Shown here one piece after another: positions 26,301 through 27,598 of a DNA stretch of 27,598 bases. Made by a program: the position numbers and the translations under genes. Within the stretch, counting starts at the first letter, position 1. Every line of letters begins with the position of its first letter. Origin of the DNA: Planctomycetota bacterium (lineage in GTDB: Bacteria; Planctomycetota; UBA8108; UBA1146); NCBI GenBank assembly GCA_036338595.1, contig JAYZBV010000016.1, positions 1-27,598 of the forward strand, written 5' to 3'. The notes beneath the pieces were generated by a model. The model ran no database searches, was not told the origin of the DNA, and saw nothing but the letters and a program-made list of their open reading frames with translations.

Positions 26301-27598
26301 ACTGGATCCCTCCGACTGCTGGAGATAACTGCACGGTTGCTGATTTCGATGCTTCGCATCAGCCTGGAGCGTTTTTCCCGATCGGGACGACCTCGGTAAA
26401 TTACGTGGTGATGGATGCTGTAGGCCAGATTACTTTTGCCAGCTTCGACATCCTGGTCGACGACGAAGAAGCACCCATCATCAGCGGGATGCCTGCTGAT
26501 CGCACTGTCGAAGCCGCTCTGGGTCTGTGTTCCGTTGCCCACGACTGGATTCCTCCGGTCCCATCGGATAATTGCACTGTCGCTTCATTCACGGCAACAC
26601 ATCAACCTGGAGACAGTTTTACAGTTGGATCCACAGAAGTCGTTTACACCACGACCGACTCTGCAGGAATGGTCACTACTGACCAGTTCCTCGTGACTGT
26701 GATCGATACAGAGAGTCCGACCATCATCCGTATTCCTGCGGATATTTCGATTCCAGCAGAGGCAGGAATTTGTACGGCAGTCGCCATGTGGGTTGCTCCC
26801 GATTCCGAAGACAATTGCGGAATCTCGACCTTTAACATCACCCATCCGTCGGGCACTACTTTCCCGACAGGAATGACCACGGTCTCCATCTCGACAGAGG
26901 ATCTGTACGGAAATTCCGCAGCAGCATCCTTCACCGTCACGGTGCTCGACCAGCAAGAGCCGACATTGATGGGAATGCCATCAGATATCACGCTGACGGC
27001 AGAACCAGGAATCTGCACCGCTGCGGCGACCTGGGTGGAACCCACTGCGTCCGATAACTGCTCGGTTTCTACACTCGGTTCCGACTTCCTCAGCGGTCAT
27101 CCGTTCAGCATCGGAACCACTCCGGTGACATACACTGCCATCGATTCTGGTGGAAACATCAGCGAGGCCTCCTTCAACGTGACCGTCACCGATGATGAAC
27201 TTCCGACGATAGAGGACATCCTGGTGGATGCCGTCATCGCAGCTGACGCAGGGCTTTGCGGAGCCGTGCATGACTGGGTCGTACCGGCAATGGTCGATAA
27301 CTGTGGAATCAGTACCATCACAGCGAGCCATGCTCCTGGGGACTTCTTCCAGCATGGCCTCAGTACTGTTCAATACTCGGTGACAGACAACTCCGGAAAT
27401 ACAACGACTTCGAGTTTCGAGGTGACCGTTGCTGATCTGGAGAGCCCTGCCATCACTGGCATGCCCACTGATGTGACCCTGTCCGCTGATCCGGGTGTCT
27501 GTGGTGCGCTCCACCAGTGGGTGGCACCGGAGTCGACCGACAACTGTCAGGTCCAGTCCTTCCTCGGCAGTCATGAATCGGGATCGCTGTTCTCGGTC
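23381..27598 (+). CDS. Second giant secreted protein, paralog of 14733-23234, 3'-truncated by the window edge (absent from the ORF track)
   Basis: GGAGG at 23372-23376, ATG 23381. My translation reads MSPRLVYLLAVILFVFMISPANLMA|QCQPTVDCNQNGVADQCD..., then 3 DCN repeats, 7 FG-GAP blades (about 23621-24730), 5 DCN repeats (24731-25003) and HYR domains. It is still in frame at the last codons (DNCQVQSFLGSHESGSLFSV). Confidence 0.93.
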   Translation, partial: MSPRLVYLLAVILFVFMISPANLMAQCQPTVDCNQNGVADQCDIDLGTSDDCNGNLVPDECDVAFLVSEDCNLDGIPDECNPGLTELIGLGLAFGQGFGESIDSTQEFAIIGAPYDDLLGTDTGSANIFRRSGTLWIEEMKLFGIASTLDDRFGTAVAVEGDLVAVGAPGKTQNRGAVFLFRRIGIGWWNYEATLMAFDAQPGWMFGNSLDIHEGTVIVGAPMNGFAAGSGAAYTFSDNGGQWMLDQKLEHSDGLSGDQFGADLKRYGPRMAIGAPGRDSGTVANSGAVVVFEESAGIWIESALKTPSAPQPFGHFGISVDLDQDHLLAGAPGEDLEAGAAYIYDRIASMWVNEERFTPDADDAGLFGQDVGLSIRTAVVGAPLAGLSQGTVSVYRQEGGEWIYLDGFLPPELQDPGTEFGKSVSCEIPFLLVGCPGELYGESVWISAFTDCNLNLEDDVCDVTQGLEPDCNSNRIPDSCEIADGTKQDCDGNGVPDECQILSGELSDCNLNGVPDACDITQAFSLDCNQDAVPDDCQAGADPFNPVISNLPDPISVVTEPGLCGATITWDAPVATDDCGIASLASSHQQGDFFTPGLTIVTFTATDVSGNQSIAMFTVLVHDEELPGLDGLEPLVSVQAPIGSCEASASWTLPTATDNCGIFSTTVSHLPGSTFQVGNTPVTYTVMDVHGNVSEFPFTVEVLDNHSPEILGISADLAVVSDPGTCTAIVNWAEPTPQDDCVIASFTSTHNSGDAFPIGVTDVMYSVSDSSGLTATAGFSITVTDDQAPEFLTAPAAISLGNDPGECGATVAWAPVTTSDNCAVAAVTSSHQPGDIFGIGTTLVTVDALDVNGNSAVHTFEITVTDTEMPAMTGVPANITLSNDPAQCTATYNWSLPEFSDNCGVASFTGTHASGFTFPLGTTAVTYTLVDNAGNTQEQSFDVTVNDSEMPTLINMPVSFAVPNDPGQCGANVDWIPPTAGDNCTVADFDASHQPGAFFPIGTTSVNYVVMDAVGQITFASFDILVDDEEAPIISGMPADRTVEAALGLCSVAHDWIPPVPSDNCTVASFTATHQPGDSFTVGSTEVVYTTTDSAGMVTTDQFLVTVIDTESPTIIRIPADISIPAEAGICTAVAMWVAPDSEDNCGISTFNITHPSGTTFPTGMTTVSISTEDLYGNSAAASFTVTVLDQQEPTLMGMPSDITLTAEPGICTAAATWVEPTASDNCSVSTLGSDFLSGHPFSIGTTPVTYTAIDSGGNISEASFNVTVTDDELPTIEDILVDAVIAADAGLCGAVHDWVVPAMVDNCGISTITASHAPGDFFQHGLSTVQYSVTDNSGNTTTSSFEVTVADLESPAITGMPTDVTLSADPGVCGALHQWVAPESTDNCQVQSFLGSHESGSLFSV
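25004..27598 (+). repeat. 10 complete plus one partial HYR-like domain in giant protein 2, 243-nt period
   Basis: Unit-start Asp codons verified at 25004, 25247 and 27434 (= 25004 + 10 x 243). Same C...W..P...DNC and D..GN consensus as protein 1. Confidence 0.9.

Noticed and set aside
16092..27598. 57-nt and 243-nt periodicities as possible CRISPR, DGR or DNA-level tandem repeats
   Set aside because: The repeats are conserved at the protein level with diverged codons. There are no identical DNA repeats, spacers, cas genes or reverse transcriptase.

Overview
Bacterial genomic DNA of moderately high GC. The C-terminal dockerin-like module and DCNxNG repeats suggest a Planctomycetota-like lineage (inference only). 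The left half is housekeeping and metabolic: the 3' end of a gamma-glutamyltransferase, a secreted BNR/sialidase-like protein, msrP with no adjacent msrQ, a Cof-type HAD hydrolase, a small unknown ORF, a DUF2203-like protein and a divergent ATP-type PEP carboxykinase. pckA runs into a tightly packed tetrapyrrole cluster: CcsA/HemX-like, hemA, hemC, hemD, hemB, hemE, hemG/hemY and a cupin. The right half holds two tandem paralogous giant secreted proteins. The first (14733-23234, 2833 aa) has a signal peptide, Cys-rich DCNxNGxxDxC repeats, a 7-blade FG-GAP propeller, 24 HYR-like domains and a C-terminal dockerin-like domain. The second starts at 23381, is missing from the ORF track and runs off the window end (>1406 codons). 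No rRNA, tRNA, CRISPR array or mobile element was seen. The best candidate for an undescribed system is the giant-protein pair, including its cysteine register, dockerin-like end and structured leaders. All family calls come from motif recognition by eye, not database searches.
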